Part shown: positions 44,447 to 55,663 of the stretch, one piece after another | Numbering within the stretch: position 1 is the first letter of the stretch | Layout of the letters: each line of letters begins with the position of its first letter | Assembly: GCA_002423615.1 (NCBI GenBank) | Contig: DIKO01000047.1 | Span: forward strand, 5,947 to 69,946 | From: Desulfobacteraceae bacterium UBA5616 | GTDB taxonomy: Bacteria; Desulfobacterota; Desulfobacteria; Desulfobacterales; UBA5616 | Direction of reading: 5' to 3' | Length of the DNA stretch: 64,000 bases | Translations under genes and position numbers: made by a program | Notes under the pieces: generated by a model | Databases searched by the model: none | What the model was told of the DNA's origin: nothing | Seen by the model: only the letters and a program-made list of their open reading frames with translations

Positions 44447-45895
44447 TTAGACCGGCTTCTGATGTTTCATCTGTTCGATCACACGGGTCGTGCTGAAACC
44501 TTCCACAAGCGGAAAAATGACCACCCGCCCCCCTTTTTTCTCGACGATGTCATGGCCCACTACGGTTTCCGGCGTATAGTCTCCGCCCTTTACTATCACG
44601 TCCGGCTCAAAATTCCGGATCAATTCAATGGGTGTTTCCTCTGAAAAAACCACCACCATATCCACGCATTTTAAACTGGCCAGAATGGCCGATCGCTCTG
44701 CTTCCCCCATGACAGGCCTGAACGGGCCTTTCAGTTTTTTGATGGAAGCATCCGCGTTGAGGCCGACAACGAGCTTGTCCCCTTCGGCGGCTGCGGCGTG
44801 GAGGAGCTTGATATGGCCGATATGCAGGATATCGAAACAGCCGTTGGTGAAAACAACGCTTTTTCCCTCATTACGCCACTGCTTGATTAAACCAGCGGCA
44901 TCCTCCGGGCTTAAAATTTTACTCATGCCCTCCATGACATTACCCAAAAATGCCCGCCTGAGTTCTTTTTCCAGAATAGGCCGGGTTCCCACTTTACCGA
45001 CAACGACGCCGGCAGCCAGGTTGGCCAATCGGGCCGCATCCTCGATTTCAATTCCGGCGGCGACGCCCAGGGCCAGAACGGCGATCACCGTATCCCCGGC
45101 CCCTGAAACATCATAAACTTCCCTTGCTTCGGAAGAGATATGACGCACCGGCCGCTCCCTGCCGAAAAGTGACATTCCATGGGCTCCTCTGGTAACCAGT
45201 AGATAAGACAGGTTGCATTGATGGATCAACCGCTGCGCCTCCTGGGAATAGGACAATTCGTCATCGGATATTCCGGGCGCTGCGAGTTTGAACTCGGCGG
45301 TATTGGGTGTTATGCAGGTTGCCCCGTTGTAACGGTCCCAGTCGACGCCCTTGGGATCGACAAAAACGGGAATCTGTTTCAAGCGGCATCTTTCAATAAT
45401 CCGCCGTGACAGATCGTGCTGAAATATCCCTTTACCATAATCCGAAATAATAGCCCCCTGGACCTGGTCGAGGCGCTCATCCACGGCATCGTAAATTTTC
45501 CGATAAACCTCGTGGGTCAAGGGCCCTGTTTCTTCGTCATCCATCCGCAAAAGCTGCTGGCCCCGGCCGATGATCCGTGTTTTGGCCGTTGTTGACCGCC
45601 CGTCAACCCGGATGAATCCGGCTGTAATGCCGGTGTTCCCAAACAGTGAGATCAAAGCGTCTCCTTCACCGTCATTACCGCATACGCCGATCAGGAAACA
45701 TCGGCACCCCAATCCCGCGAGGTTCAAGGCCACATTTCCGGCGCCTCCCGGGGTCTGGGTTTTTTGTCGGATGCGGACCACGGGCACCGGGGCCTCAGGA
45801 GAAATTCTATCCACCTCACCCCAGCAGTAACGGTCCAGCATCACATCTCCAATAACCAGGATCGCGGTTTTGGAAAAATCAGGATAATCCCTCAT
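44447..45895 (-). CDS. hldE: bifunctional D-beta-D-heptose 7-phosphate kinase / D-beta-D-heptose 1-phosphate adenylyltransferase
   Basis: 482 aa with an N-terminal ribokinase-like domain (DVSGAGDTV) and a C-terminal cytidylyltransferase domain ([17 protein letters not shown]). Confidence 0.93.
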   Translation of the reverse strand: MRDYPDFSKTAILVIGDVMLDRYCWGEVDRISPEAPVPVVRIRQKTQTPGGAGNVALNLAGLGCRCFLIGVCGNDGEGDALISLFGNTGITAGFIRVDGRSTTAKTRIIGRGQQLLRMDDEETGPLTHEVYRKIYDAVDERLDQVQGAIISDYGKGIFQHDLSRRIIERCRLKQIPVFVDPKGVDWDRYNGATCITPNTAEFKLAAPGISDDELSYSQEAQRLIHQCNLSYLLVTRGAHGMSLFGRERPVRHISSEAREVYDVSGAGDTVIAVLALGVAAGIEIEDAARLANLAAGVVVGKVGTRPILEKELRRAFLGNVMEGMSKILSPEDAAGLIKQWRNEGKSVVFTNGCFDILHIGHIKLLHAAAAEGDKLVVGLNADASIKKLKGPFRPVMGEAERSAILASLKCVDMVVVFSEETPIELIRNFEPDVIVKGGDYTPETVVGHDIVEKKGGRVVIFPLVEGFSTTRVIEQMKHQKPV

Positions 45896-46463
45896 GCGGC
45901 GGCATCCCCTTCGTCATGACATATTCGATGATTTCAGCCCATAGATGAAGAATGAAGATATGGGCTTCCTGAATGCGGGCTGTTTTGGCTGCGGGTATGA
46001 TAATGGATTGATCCGCCGACTGTTTCAGAACGCCCCCATTACCGCCGAGGAGCGCCACAGTATAAAGGCCGATGTCTTTTGCCTTGTCAACAGCATGGAT
46101 CACATTCGGGGAGTTTCCGGATGTGGAAAGGCCGATGAGAATGTCACCCGCTTTTCCAAGGGCTTCCACCTGTCTTTCGAAAACCGATTCATACCCGTAA
46201 TCATTGGCGACGGCGCTTAATATGGAGGTGTCTGTGGTTAACGCCACGGCCGGCCAGGCTTTGCGTTCCATGACAAAGCGGCCGACAATTTCAGCGGCGA
46301 AATGTTGTGCGTCTGCAGCGGAACCGCCGTTTCCGCAGATCAGGATCTTCCGGCCGTTTTTCAGAGCGGCCCCCAGGGCCGTTCCAGCTTCAAGGATAGC
46401 CGCTTTCAGGTCATTGAGCCGGCCGAAACAGCTCATGTGTTCTTCCAACGCGATTTCAAACAT
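45879..46463 (-). CDS. gmhA: phosphoheptose isomerase
   Basis: 194 aa SIS domain with [17 protein letters not shown] and [11 protein letters not shown]. Confidence 0.93.
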   Translation of the reverse strand: MFEIALEEHMSCFGRLNDLKAAILEAGTALGAALKNGRKILICGNGGSAADAQHFAAEIVGRFVMERKAWPAVALTTDTSILSAVANDYGYESVFERQVEALGKAGDILIGLSTSGNSPNVIHAVDKAKDIGLYTVALLGGNGGVLKQSADQSIIIPAAKTARIQEAHIFILHLWAEIIEYVMTKGMPPHEGLS

Positions 46464-47604
46464 GATGGATATCCTCTTCTTTATTCATCAGAAACTCCAG
46501 TAAAAATGCCCTGAAATCATCCTCATCCTCCCCAAGGCTGATTTTTATCCCCATAACGCCGAATTGGGCGGGCCATTTGATGTGCCCTGGAATTTTAACG
46601 GCATCTTTCTGGGTTGTTACAATCAAATCAGCTTCCATGGCCAAGGCGGCCCGGGAAATGGCCGAAAAATCCTTCTTCCCATACGGATGATGGTCCGGAA
46701 ATTCCATATACCCCCCTACCCCGCCGCAATAGTGATCAAGGGTATTCAAAAATGACCGGTTATCGGCAATTCCGGAAAATGCGAACACGCGCTTTCCTTG
46801 CAGCCGGTTAAGCCCGTCCGGATCCACGATCTGCGATGGATTCCCATCCTTTTCCATCACTCTTTCCAGAAAAGGTTCATGGCGGGCAAAAAAACACCGC
46901 TTATTGCGTGTAAGTCCTATAGCGGACAAATGTTTCTCTCTTTCTCGAGATTCCTCATCTCCGGATCTAGTAAAAACAAGAGCGTGGCTTCTCGCCAGGG
47001 CCTCCGGAGGCTCCCTTAACCGCCCTCTGGGCAGGAGGCGCCGGTTTCCCAAAGGTTTGCGATAATCCAGCAGGACCATGTCCAGATCCCTGAACAATTT
47101 CCGATGCTGAAAACCGTCATCCAGAAGGACGACATCAGGGGCAAATCGCCTAACGGCCTTCATCCCGGCGCCGAAGCGGTCCCTTCCAACGATAACGGGT
47201 GTTTCTTTCAACAACCCCGCCATCATGAAAGGCTCATCCCCGGCTTCATTCACGTCCATAAGGATAGTCCCGCCGTCTGATACAATCCCGCCGTTTTTTT
47301 CAGCCCTGCCTTTATATCCCCGGCTGATGATGCAGACCTTGTACCCCATGTTCTTTAAAAGTTCCGCCGTGTAAAGGGTCGTGGGGGTTTTCCCCGTACC
47401 GCCCACACAGATATTGCCGATGGAAATTACCCTGCAAGGCAGTTTCCGGACCTGGAAAAAGCCGCTTTGATACAGAAAATTTCGAGTCCGGACAAGGCCT
47501 TCATAACCCCATGAAAACAGAGATAGAAGTGTTGAAAATGAAAATACGCTCGAACCCGTATTTTCATCCATGATGAGTTCTATCTTGCGCCTCACAGGAT
47601 TCAT
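46456..47604 (-). CDS. lpxK: tetraacyldisaccharide 4'-kinase
   Basis: 382 aa with P-loop [19 protein letters not shown] and DDGFQH motifs. Confidence 0.92.
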   Translation of the reverse strand: MNPVRRKIELIMDENTGSSVFSFSTLLSLFSWGYEGLVRTRNFLYQSGFFQVRKLPCRVISIGNICVGGTGKTPTTLYTAELLKNMGYKVCIISRGYKGRAEKNGGIVSDGGTILMDVNEAGDEPFMMAGLLKETPVIVGRDRFGAGMKAVRRFAPDVVLLDDGFQHRKLFRDLDMVLLDYRKPLGNRRLLPRGRLREPPEALARSHALVFTRSGDEESREREKHLSAIGLTRNKRCFFARHEPFLERVMEKDGNPSQIVDPDGLNRLQGKRVFAFSGIADNRSFLNTLDHYCGGVGGYMEFPDHHPYGKKDFSAISRAALAMEADLIVTTQKDAVKIPGHIKWPAQFGVMGIKISLGEDEDDFRAFLLEFLMNKEEDIHHV

Positions 47605-47619
47605 AGGGCATTCACATCA

Positions 47620-48696
47620 TCATTCGCGTTTCAACAGCACATACGCGCCCCAGCATAAAAAGACGAAATTGGTCATCCATGCTGATACCAATGGCGGGAT
47701 CAGACCGCCGTATCCCAGGGAAAGGCAAAAACTGTAAAACACCCAGTAGAGAAAGGCGATGCCGATGCCGTAAGCGATGCCCACGGGAAGGCCTTCCTTC
47801 ATCCCCCTTCTGACGGCGATACCGGTTCCCAAAAGGCAGAGAATGATGCATACAAAGGGAAAAGCCGTTTTGGCAAACAGATCGACGCGATACGTCGTGG
47901 CATCATATCCTTCATTTTCCACCTTTTGTATATACCCATAGAGTTCGGGGAAGCTCATTTCCTCGGGCTTCTGCGTCACCTTGTGCAAATCTTCCGGCAT
48001 CAGGGCCAGTTTCTGGATTTTTTCTTCCAGGACACGAGCCTTGAAACCATCTCCATCACCGGATCGGGTCTGCTCCAGGATATCGTATAAATGCCAGCCA
48101 TTTCCATCGAAAATCCCTTTATCGGCGTCGAGCCGGGTGACGAGATGAAAGGATTCGTCGAAAAAATAGAGGCTGAGCCCGAACAGAGTTTTATTCACCG
48201 GATCATAATGTTTGATATGGGTAATCAGATGGTCGCCTTTGATCCAGATATTGTGTTCCCGGGTCTTGACCATCTGCTTCTTTTTGACGTCTTCTATCCA
48301 GATCTTATTGGCTTTGGGGACGGTCATGGGAACGATGATTTCCGAAGTTCCGAACAATATCAAGGTCAAAAAAACGCCGATGAACAGGATCGGCCTTAAC
48401 AGATAGACCACGCTGATGCCGCTGCTCTGAATGGCGACGATCTCATTATGTTTGTTCATCAACCCGAGGGCGATAAGGACCGCCAGCAACAGGCATATGG
48501 GGACCACATGGACAATGATAAACGGAATATTGTATAGAAAAATGGCAACTGCTTTGGATGTTTCGACCCCGGATGAGATAAAATTATCGATCTTCTCAAA
48601 AAAATCCACGAGAAGGTAAATGGAAAGCACTGAAATCAGAACTATAAAAAAAAACCGGAGGATTTCCTTGCTGATATATTTTTGAAGTATTGACAT
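47620..48696 (-). CDS. lptG: LPS export ABC transporter permease LptG
   Basis: 358 aa, YjgP/YjgQ permease family (N-terminal ILQKYISKEIL, 6 TM plus a periplasmic beta-jellyroll). Second of two paralogues, so assigned LptG by order. Confidence 0.75.
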   Translation of the reverse strand: MSILQKYISKEILRFFFIVLISVLSIYLLVDFFEKIDNFISSGVETSKAVAIFLYNIPFIIVHVVPICLLLAVLIALGLMNKHNEIVAIQSSGISVVYLLRPILFIGVFLTLILFGTSEIIVPMTVPKANKIWIEDVKKKQMVKTREHNIWIKGDHLITHIKHYDPVNKTLFGLSLYFFDESFHLVTRLDADKGIFDGNGWHLYDILEQTRSGDGDGFKARVLEEKIQKLALMPEDLHKVTQKPEEMSFPELYGYIQKVENEGYDATTYRVDLFAKTAFPFVCIILCLLGTGIAVRRGMKEGLPVGIAYGIGIAFLYWVFYSFCLSLGYGGLIPPLVSAWMTNFVFLCWGAYVLLKRE

Positions 48697-48722
48697 GGGT
48701 TAATTTTCCATATCCGGTTTGT

Positions 48723-49910
48723 TTATCCGTCCACATGAAATCCCGCGCGTCTCAACAGCCCTCTTAAGCCGTGAACACGAACCGGATTCTCCCTGGCGGT
48801 CCGGAGGAGTAAGAAAAGACCGATGCCGCCCATGATAAAATTCGGCACCCATACACCGATGGCGGGCGGATAGGTTCCGGATTCTCCCAGAACCCAGCCC
48901 ATGGAAAGCAACAGATAATACATCAGAAAAAAGATAAGCCCCAATCCCAGACCGTAGGATTTCCTGCTGGATCTGGACTGAATGCCCAGGGGTACCGCCA
49001 GAATGCCCAGGGCCAGGCAGCTAAGGGGTATGGAAAAACGATTATGTAGTTCTATCAATGTCTTGTAATAGGCTGTATCCTTTTCGGGGGCAGATTTTAG
49101 GTATTTCCACAATTCGTGGACATACATTTCTTCTTCGTCTTTTTTGGAACGTTCCTTGGCCTTGTCCACCATGGGTTTGATATCCAGCCTCAGATCATAG
49201 GTTTCAAAGGTTACCGAATTGCTGACCTTTCGCCTGATATTCACCTGATTGATATTCCCGTCGTACAACCGCAGCAGGTAGGATAGCCGGTCCGGATTAC
49301 TGAAGATTCTGGCTTTCGGGGCGATAATGGTGGTGACGATTTTTTCGTGACGCTGGTCCTCGATGAACACGTCCCGCATGATATTTTCCTTCAGATCAAT
49401 TCTCTGGGCGTAGAGCATGACGCCGTCGAAACTGTCGTTGAACATCCTCTCCTTGAGTCCCACGTTGACATTGGATGCGGCGACATCATAAACCAGTCTT
49501 TGAAAGGACGTTTTCCCCCAGGGTGAACCGGCCATGGCCATAAATGCCGTCAACCCCCATCCTATGCAGCAAAACACCATGGTCGGGGGCAGGAGTCGGT
49601 AGAGGCTGACCCCGCCGGTTTTCAGCGCAATGATCTCATTGTCGACGGACATTCGTAAAAAGGTGAGCAGCACCGCCATCATCACGGACATGGGAATCAC
49701 AAATACCAGAAAATCGGGCATCGAATAGAGCATCAGCCTGCCGACCTTTGCCATGCCGATATGGTAATTGACGATGAGGTTGGTGATGTAAAGTATTTTC
49801 GTCATGAGAAAAATAAACGAAAAAAAGACCAGATTGATGGCAAAAGGCGCGAACATCTCGCGAAAAACGTACCGGTTGATGATGGTATTGATTTTAAACA
49901 TCGCCGCCAC
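48723..49910 (-). CDS. lptF: LPS export ABC transporter permease LptF
   Basis: About 392 aa, YjgP/YjgQ family (IINRYVFREMF). First of the pair. The start may be the ATG at 49901. Confidence 0.75.
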   Translation of the reverse strand: MAAMFKINTIINRYVFREMFAPFAINLVFFSFIFLMTKILYITNLIVNYHIGMAKVGRLMLYSMPDFLVFVIPMSVMMAVLLTFLRMSVDNEIIALKTGGVSLYRLLPPTMVFCCIGWGLTAFMAMAGSPWGKTSFQRLVYDVAASNVNVGLKERMFNDSFDGVMLYAQRIDLKENIMRDVFIEDQRHEKIVTTIIAPKARIFSNPDRLSYLLRLYDGNINQVNIRRKVSNSVTFETYDLRLDIKPMVDKAKERSKKDEEEMYVHELWKYLKSAPEKDTAYYKTLIELHNRFSIPLSCLALGILAVPLGIQSRSSRKSYGLGLGLIFFLMYYLLLSMGWVLGESGTYPPAIGVWVPNFIMGGIGLFLLLRTARENPVRVHGLRGLLRRAGFHVDG

Positions 49911-51666
49911 CGGGGTTATACTGCAAGTGATGGAGCTTGAAATATTCCCCTTTCAAAGTCATCAGCTCCTGGTGCATGCCGGTTTCCACAATCCTGCCGT
50001 TAACCATCATGACGATACGGTCTGCGTTGATGATGGTGGAAAGCCGATGAGCGATGACAAAGGTGGTCCTTCCCTGCATCAGGTTTTCAAGGGCCTTCTG
50101 GACCAGTTGTTCCGCTTCGGAATCCAGCGCTGAAGTGGCTTCGTCAAGAATTAAAATGGGCGCGTCTTTCAATAGCGCCCTGGCCACACAGATGCGCTGT
50201 TTTTCCCCGCCGGACAGCCGGGCGCCGAGTTCGCCGATGTTGGTCTCAAACCCATGGGGAAAGTTTTTTATAAAATCATAGGCATAGGCTGACTTTGCCG
50301 CATTTTCGATTTCCATGTCCGTTGCAGCCGCGTTTCCGTAAGCAATGTTGTTCCGGACCGTATCGTTAAACAGGATGGGCTCCTGGGTGACAATCGCGAT
50401 CTGCCGGCGCAGGGAGGATATCGATACATTGCGAATGTCGAGCCCGTCGATTTCGATGACGCCACTGGAAACGTCGTAAAATCTGGGGATCAGGTTGACC
50501 AGGGTGGTTTTGCCGCCGCCGCTCATGCCCACCAAAGCCAGAACCTCTCCGGGGTTCACAGCCAGATTGATATTTTTCAGAACAAACTCTTCCTCGTATT
50601 TAAAGAAGACTTCCTTGAATTCCACCCGATGGGGACCCGTAATCAGGGACACCGGATTTTCAGCCTCCCGGATATCCGTGTCTTTTTCAATGATATCAAA
50701 CACCCGGTCCACTGCAGCCAGGCCCTGCTGGATCGCGTTGTTGATTTTTGAAAAATGCTTTAACGGGGAATACAGCATGGTGACCCCTGCGATGAAGGAA
50801 AAAAAAGTACCCGGGGTGGAGTCTCCGTTGATCACCCGGGAACCGCCGTAGTAGATGATAATCGATATGGCGATATACCCGAGAAACTCCATTATGGGAG
50901 AGGAAAGTGCATGGGCTCTGACCTCTTTCATTTCGATTTTAAAGAGCTCCAGAGTTTTATTGAAGAAGCGCCCTTTTTCAAAATCTTCCATACCGAAGGC
51001 CTTGACGATCTTGTTCCCCGCAAAGGTTTCATGCAGAAAGGAACTCATGTTGCCCATGGATTCCTGGCGCCTGGTGCTGACCTTTCTGACCCGCCGCCCG
51101 ATTTTGATGATGGGATAAAACGCCAGGGGTATAACAAAAAATGCGACCAGGGCCATTTTCCAGTCCTGATAAAAAATAACGCCGGTAAGACCGATAACGG
51201 TAAAAACATCTTTCAAGGAACTGGTTACCGATGACGACACCATGTTCTTTATGATCATCACGTCGTTCACCACCCGGGAAATCAAGGCTCCTGTTTTTTC
51301 CCGGTGAAAAAAGGATATGGGCATGTCCTGGATGCGGTTGTAAAGCATGTTTCTCAATTCCCGGATGATCCCCTGCCCCACATAATCCATGTAATAGGTT
51401 TGCCCGTAAGTGGTGAAGCTCTTGATCAGGGCCACGATGATGACCACAACAGGGATAAAGGCCAGCATCCGCGCATCTTTCTCGACAAAAATCCGGTCGA
51501 TGACCGGTTTCACCAGGTAGGCCAAGGCGGCCGTGGTTCCGGCACCGGCAATCATGCACAGAACGGCGGAAATCAACCGGACTTGATTCTTCCGGATCAG
51601 TCCGATAATGGTTTTGTGCCGGTGTTTGAAATTAAAAAGGGGCTTTTTAGTCATCTGATCAATCAA
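49894..51666 (-). CDS. msbA: lipid A export ATP-binding/permease protein MsbA
   Basis: 590 aa with a 6-TM exporter domain plus an NBD (Walker A GMSGGGKTT, signature LSGGEKQR, Walker B ILILDEATSALD). Sits in the lpx context. Confidence 0.85.
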   Translation of the reverse strand: MIDQMTKKPLFNFKHRHKTIIGLIRKNQVRLISAVLCMIAGAGTTAALAYLVKPVIDRIFVEKDARMLAFIPVVVIIVALIKSFTTYGQTYYMDYVGQGIIRELRNMLYNRIQDMPISFFHREKTGALISRVVNDVMIIKNMVSSSVTSSLKDVFTVIGLTGVIFYQDWKMALVAFFVIPLAFYPIIKIGRRVRKVSTRRQESMGNMSSFLHETFAGNKIVKAFGMEDFEKGRFFNKTLELFKIEMKEVRAHALSSPIMEFLGYIAISIIIYYGGSRVINGDSTPGTFFSFIAGVTMLYSPLKHFSKINNAIQQGLAAVDRVFDIIEKDTDIREAENPVSLITGPHRVEFKEVFFKYEEEFVLKNINLAVNPGEVLALVGMSGGGKTTLVNLIPRFYDVSSGVIEIDGLDIRNVSISSLRRQIAIVTQEPILFNDTVRNNIAYGNAAATDMEIENAAKSAYAYDFIKNFPHGFETNIGELGARLSGGEKQRICVARALLKDAPILILDEATSALDSEAEQLVQKALENLMQGRTTFVIAHRLSTIINADRIVMMVNGRIVETGMHQELMTLKGEYFKLHHLQYNPGGGDV

Positions 51667-52336
51667 TATTATGATGATAATGGAGATCCAGTTGCCGGGT
51701 CAGGCGGTTCAATTCCCGTTCAAGCTGTTCACGGCATTCCTCTTCCAGGGTTTTGTCGGCGTCCGATGGAACATATAAGGGAGCACCGTAAGCCATGGTG
51801 CATTTTGAAAAAGGCAGGGGTAGAATAAAACGATCCCAACTTGAAAATACCTTGATCCGGCCGGCGCTGTAGGTTACCGGCACAAGGGGATACCCGGTCT
51901 TTTTCGCGCAGGTAATCACACCCGGTTTGACCTTGAACCGGGGTCCCTGGGGACCATCCGGGGTAAAACCGCCGGGCCTTTGATTTTCCTTAAGATTCTT
52001 GATCATTCCGGCCAAAGCCCGCAAGCCCCCCCGGGTGGAAGATCCCCTGACCGCTTCCTGGCCCTGAAAATTGATGATACGGCGAATGATTTCCCCGTCC
52101 CTGGACTGGCTCACCAGAACCAGGCAGTTGATGTTTTTCAGCATATAACTGGGAAGCAGAAGTCTGGAGTGCCAGAACACGAGGATGTATTTTTGTGATT
52201 TCATCACTTCTTCAACCTGTTCCCCGCCCAGGACTTCAATCCTTGATGTTAAAAAAATCGCGTCGATCAACAATTTCCCGGATATGCCGAAAAAATTCCA
52301 TTTCAGCTCGGAGAGGAAGTTCTTCAACGGATTCAT
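51659..52336 (-). CDS. DUF374 domain protein (lysophospholipid-acyltransferase-like)
   Basis: 225 aa. FWHSRLL...SQSRDGEII...GSSTRGGLRAL...TPDGPQGPRFKVKPG matches the DUF374 family that is usually adjacent or fused to waaA. Family name recalled, not verified. Confidence 0.65.
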   Translation of the reverse strand: MNPLKNFLSELKWNFFGISGKLLIDAIFLTSRIEVLGGEQVEEVMKSQKYILVFWHSRLLLPSYMLKNINCLVLVSQSRDGEIIRRIINFQGQEAVRGSSTRGGLRALAGMIKNLKENQRPGGFTPDGPQGPRFKVKPGVITCAKKTGYPLVPVTYSAGRIKVFSSWDRFILPLPFSKCTMAYGAPLYVPSDADKTLEEECREQLERELNRLTRQLDLHYHHNID

Positions 52337-53526
52337 GACATCATTTCCAGGGCGATCCGGGCCACGCGTCCGGACGCACCCGGTTCGCCGAGAAGCCTCC
52401 GTACACCATCCAGTTCTTTTCTCATCAGCCCGTATCGGGCATCATTCGACAGGATATCCAGAACGGTCCCCGCGATATTCCGGGGCTCGGCGCTGTCCTG
52501 CAAAAGCTCCGGAACCACGTCTTTTCCGGCGATCAGGTTCACAGGGGAGGCAAATTTTACCTTCACCAGATGTTTGGCCAGGAAATAACTTAAACGAGAC
52601 ATTTTGTACAACACCACCATGGGGATACCGGCTATGGCCGCCTCCAGCGTCACCGTGCCCGATGCTGCCACAACGAAATCCGCGGTTTTGAATATTTCAT
52701 AAACACCTTCAGGGACCAGATCAAAATCCAGGGTCGACCGATAGGGACCGACGATATGCTCAACCAGTCCTTTGTCCAGAGACGGCGCAACAGATATCCG
52801 GAATTTGAGATCCGGTTTTTCACATCTCAGAATTTTAGCGGCTTCCATCATCACCGGCAGTAGCATTAAAATTTCCTTTTCCCGGGAACCCGGCAGGAGG
52901 GCGATGGTTTTCCCGGTTTTTCCGATATTGCCCGAATCGTTGCTCAATCCCCGGAGCGGGCCGTCCAGCAACGGGTGTCCAACATAAGATACAGCCATGC
53001 GATGATCCCGGTAAAAGGCTTCTTCAAAAGGAAAAATCACGGCCATGCGGTCGACGCGTTTTTTAAGGGTCCTGATCCGGCCGGGCCGCCAGGCCCAGAC
53101 CTTGGGGCTGATATAATAAAGAACCGGTATGCCGAGCCTGTGAGCTGTTTTAGCGACATGTAAATTGAACCCGGGGAAATCGATAAGGATTAAAAGATTG
53201 GGCCTGCGGTTTCGCAGAATACCCTTGGCGGTTTTCAAGGCCTTTAAAACCGAAGGCAATTTTCCCAGCACCTCGGTGAACCCCATCACGGAGAGCTCCC
53301 GGATATCCAGGAACAGCTGACAACCTTCTTTTCTGAGAAACGCTCCCCCGGCCCCGATAAAGGAGATCCTTTGGTCCATTTCGCGGATAGCTCTGACCAG
53401 TCCGGCCCCATGAAGATCCCCCGAGGCTTCCCCGGTGAGGATCATCACGGTTTTTCCGTTTCCGGAAAACACTTTTTTTTCCTGGCTCAACGTATTGTAT
53501 TCCCGGCTCAGTGTTATTACGTCCAA
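52333..53526 (-). CDS. lpxB: lipid-A-disaccharide synthase
   Basis: 397 aa with the MILTGEASGDLHGAGL N-terminal motif and YISPKVWAWRPGR. The exact start is uncertain; the conserved region begins about 25 codons in. Confidence 0.9.
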   Translation of the reverse strand: MDVITLSREYNTLSQEKKVFSGNGKTVMILTGEASGDLHGAGLVRAIREMDQRISFIGAGGAFLRKEGCQLFLDIRELSVMGFTEVLGKLPSVLKALKTAKGILRNRRPNLLILIDFPGFNLHVAKTAHRLGIPVLYYISPKVWAWRPGRIRTLKKRVDRMAVIFPFEEAFYRDHRMAVSYVGHPLLDGPLRGLSNDSGNIGKTGKTIALLPGSREKEILMLLPVMMEAAKILRCEKPDLKFRISVAPSLDKGLVEHIVGPYRSTLDFDLVPEGVYEIFKTADFVVAASGTVTLEAAIAGIPMVVLYKMSRLSYFLAKHLVKVKFASPVNLIAGKDVVPELLQDSAEPRNIAGTVLDILSNDARYGLMRKELDGVRRLLGEPGASGRVARIALEMMS

Positions 53527-54344
53527 CCTTCCAAGGTCTCTTCATCAACAGCCACGATGGTCATCCGGAATCGATCCGCAAGGGCGACCATGTCATCCTT
53601 GTCAAAAACGACGGTTTTTCCGGCTTCAACGGCCAGCACCTTGATTCCTGCCGCCTCCATGGCCCCAATGGTGTCAACGCCGGCTGCCGGTACGTCGAAT
53701 CTCATATCCTGGCAGGGCTTGCTGGTTTTTACCACTACCCCCTGTCCCCGGGAAAGAGTCCCCCCCCTTTTGATGGTGGCATCCGTTCCGTCAACGGCTT
53801 CTACCGCAAGCACCGATCCGCCCGCCACGACTACGCTCTGGCCGATGTCAAGTTCTCCAATCCGCTTGGAAACGGTGAAACCGAACTTGATGTCGGCAAG
53901 CTCATCTACCGTGGGTTTTCTTCGGGTCCAGCACCCTTTTTCGGCCAGAAGCTCGGGCAGAAAACGGGTCGAGGGTAAAATTTCGATGCCCTCCTTTTGA
54001 AGAACCCCTGCGAATGCGCGGAGAAGCGCGTCATCCTGGGTGTTGTCCATGGCCGAAACCACGGCGATGGCCAGCAAGTCCGGCTCAACATCGGCGAACA
54101 TCCGCGTTTTGTTGACGGCTCCCAGCATAACGGCCTGGGTAACGGCGTTTTTCTTAAAAAACTGAATCAACCGCTGGAGTTGACCCAGATTCACCCATTC
54201 CATGGACGCCACCCGACATGAAAGGGCCGGGTCAGCTTCACCCAGCAGTCCGGCAGCATACACCGCATAGCCGTTTTGTCCTGCTTTTTGAGAAAAAATT
54301 AGGGGGAACTGACCGCTCCCCGCGATAAGGCCGATTCTCATCAT
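53517..54344 (-). CDS. lpxI: UDP-2,3-diacylglucosamine pyrophosphatase LpxI (DUF1009)
   Basis: MMRIGLIAGSGQFPLIF start plus DIGQSVVV and DVPAAGVDTI motifs. Positioned between lpxA and lpxB as in LpxI-type clusters. The ORF extension to 54500 overlaps lpxA and is rejected. Confidence 0.82.
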   Translation of the reverse strand: MMRIGLIAGSGQFPLIFSQKAGQNGYAVYAAGLLGEADPALSCRVASMEWVNLGQLQRLIQFFKKNAVTQAVMLGAVNKTRMFADVEPDLLAIAVVSAMDNTQDDALLRAFAGVLQKEGIEILPSTRFLPELLAEKGCWTRRKPTVDELADIKFGFTVSKRIGELDIGQSVVVAGGSVLAVEAVDGTDATIKRGGTLSRGQGVVVKTSKPCQDMRFDVPAAGVDTIGAMEAAGIKVLAVEAGKTVVFDKDDMVALADRFRMTIVAVDEETLEGWT

Positions 54345-54399
54345 CCTGTTTTTTGGCTTGATTGTTAAAACCCCTGAAAAATCAAGAAGGGGATTCCGG

Positions 54400-55176
54400 T
54401 TACCGGGAGACGCCTCTTTCCGACCTTTTAACAAACTCGACGAGATTGACGACTTCGGGCGTTTGTTCGACTTCCGCTTTGACCCGTTCGACGGCTTCAT
54501 TTACGGTCAACCCGATTCTGAATAAAATCCGGTAGGCTTTTTTGATGAAGTTGATCTGTTCATCGGTAAATCCCCGGCGTTTCAATCCCACCTTGTTAAG
54601 CCCGTGGAGCTGGATGGTGGAGCGGTCGCCGGCGGCGATCACGTAGGGCGGTATGTCCTTGACAACAGCGGATGCTCCCCCAACATAGGCATGATCCCCG
54701 ACCTGAACAAACTGATGAATGGCGGTCAGCCCTCCGATGGAGACATAGTCCCCCAATGTGATATGCCCGGCCAGGGTGGCGCAATTCGCCAGGATGGCCA
54801 TATTCCCGATTTTGCAGTCATGGGCGACATGGACATAGGCCATCAGCAAGGTATTGTCTCCAACCTGGGTGATGCCGCCCCCCAGTTCCGTTCCCCGGTT
54901 AATGGTGACGAATTCCCGGACCACGGTGTTGTTTCCGATTTTGACAAAGGTCTCCTCCCCCTTGAACTTCAAGTCCTGGGGAACCCCGCCGACGGATGCG
55001 AACTGAAATATTCTGCACCCCGAACCGATTGTGACATTGGGATCAATCACCACATGAGGGCCGATCACCGTACCTTTACCGATGACCACATTTTCCCTTA
55101 TAACGGTATACGGGCCGATTTCCACATTCTCGTCGATTTGGACCCGCTTATCGATAACTGCTGTTGGGTGAATCAT
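54400..55176 (-). CDS. lpxA: acyl-ACP--UDP-N-acetylglucosamine O-acyltransferase
   Basis: 258 aa. MIHPTAVID followed by a left-handed beta-helix of hexapeptide repeats and a C-terminal helical domain. fabZ-lpxA order. Confidence 0.93.
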   Translation of the reverse strand: MIHPTAVIDKRVQIDENVEIGPYTVIRENVVIGKGTVIGPHVVIDPNVTIGSGCRIFQFASVGGVPQDLKFKGEETFVKIGNNTVVREFVTINRGTELGGGITQVGDNTLLMAYVHVAHDCKIGNMAILANCATLAGHITLGDYVSIGGLTAIHQFVQVGDHAYVGGASAVVKDIPPYVIAAGDRSTIQLHGLNKVGLKRRGFTDEQINFIKKAYRILFRIGLTVNEAVERVKAEVEQTPEVVNLVEFVKRSERGVSR

Positions 55177-55622
55177 TTTGTTACTCCTACCGTGGCCATC
55201 AACTCCGCCTCGGCCACGAGCTTGCCGTCAACAAAGGCTTTCCCCGCCATTTTGAACACCCTGGCGCGCTGCTTTAAAATCTCCAGTTCCAGGATCAGCT
55301 GATCTCCGGGAACAACCGGCTGGCGGAACCTGACCTTGTCTATCCCGGTGAAATAGATCAGTTGAGCGGCTGGGTCTTCCTGGGAGTTGGAGGCGTAGGC
55401 AAGGACCCCCCCTGCCTGTCCCATGGCTTCCACGATGAGCACCCCCGGCATGATGGGGGTCCCCGGAAAATGCCCCTGGAAAAAAGGTTCATTCATGGTC
55501 ACGTTCTTAAGAGCGGTGATCTTTTTCCCCGGCTCGATTTCAACAATGCGATCGACCAGTAAAAACGGATATCGATGCGGTAAAAACCTCATGATTTCCA
55601 AAATATTATAGTTCACTCCCAT
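55173..55622 (-). CDS. fabZ: 3-hydroxyacyl-ACP dehydratase FabZ
   Basis: 149 aa hotdog fold with [13 protein letters not shown] and [23 protein letters not shown]. Confidence 0.95.
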   Translation of the reverse strand: MGVNYNILEIMRFLPHRYPFLLVDRIVEIEPGKKITALKNVTMNEPFFQGHFPGTPIMPGVLIVEAMGQAGGVLAYASNSQEDPAAQLIYFTGIDKVRFRQPVVPGDQLILELEILKQRARVFKMAGKAFVDGKLVAEAELMATVGVTK

Positions 55623-55663
55623 AGAACGTCCCCCTTATTTCGCATCGATTTTCATCAGAATGC

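Noticed and set aside
54345-54500. Upstream extension of the lpxI ORF (327-aa version) overlapping lpxA. Similar upstream extensions exist for lpxD (to 56782), bamA (to 59971), lptE (to 14785) and the lipoprotein (to 11577).
   Set aside because: The extensions overlap the 3' ends of upstream genes or lack conservation. In each case the conserved protein N-terminus or signal peptide starts at an internal ATG.
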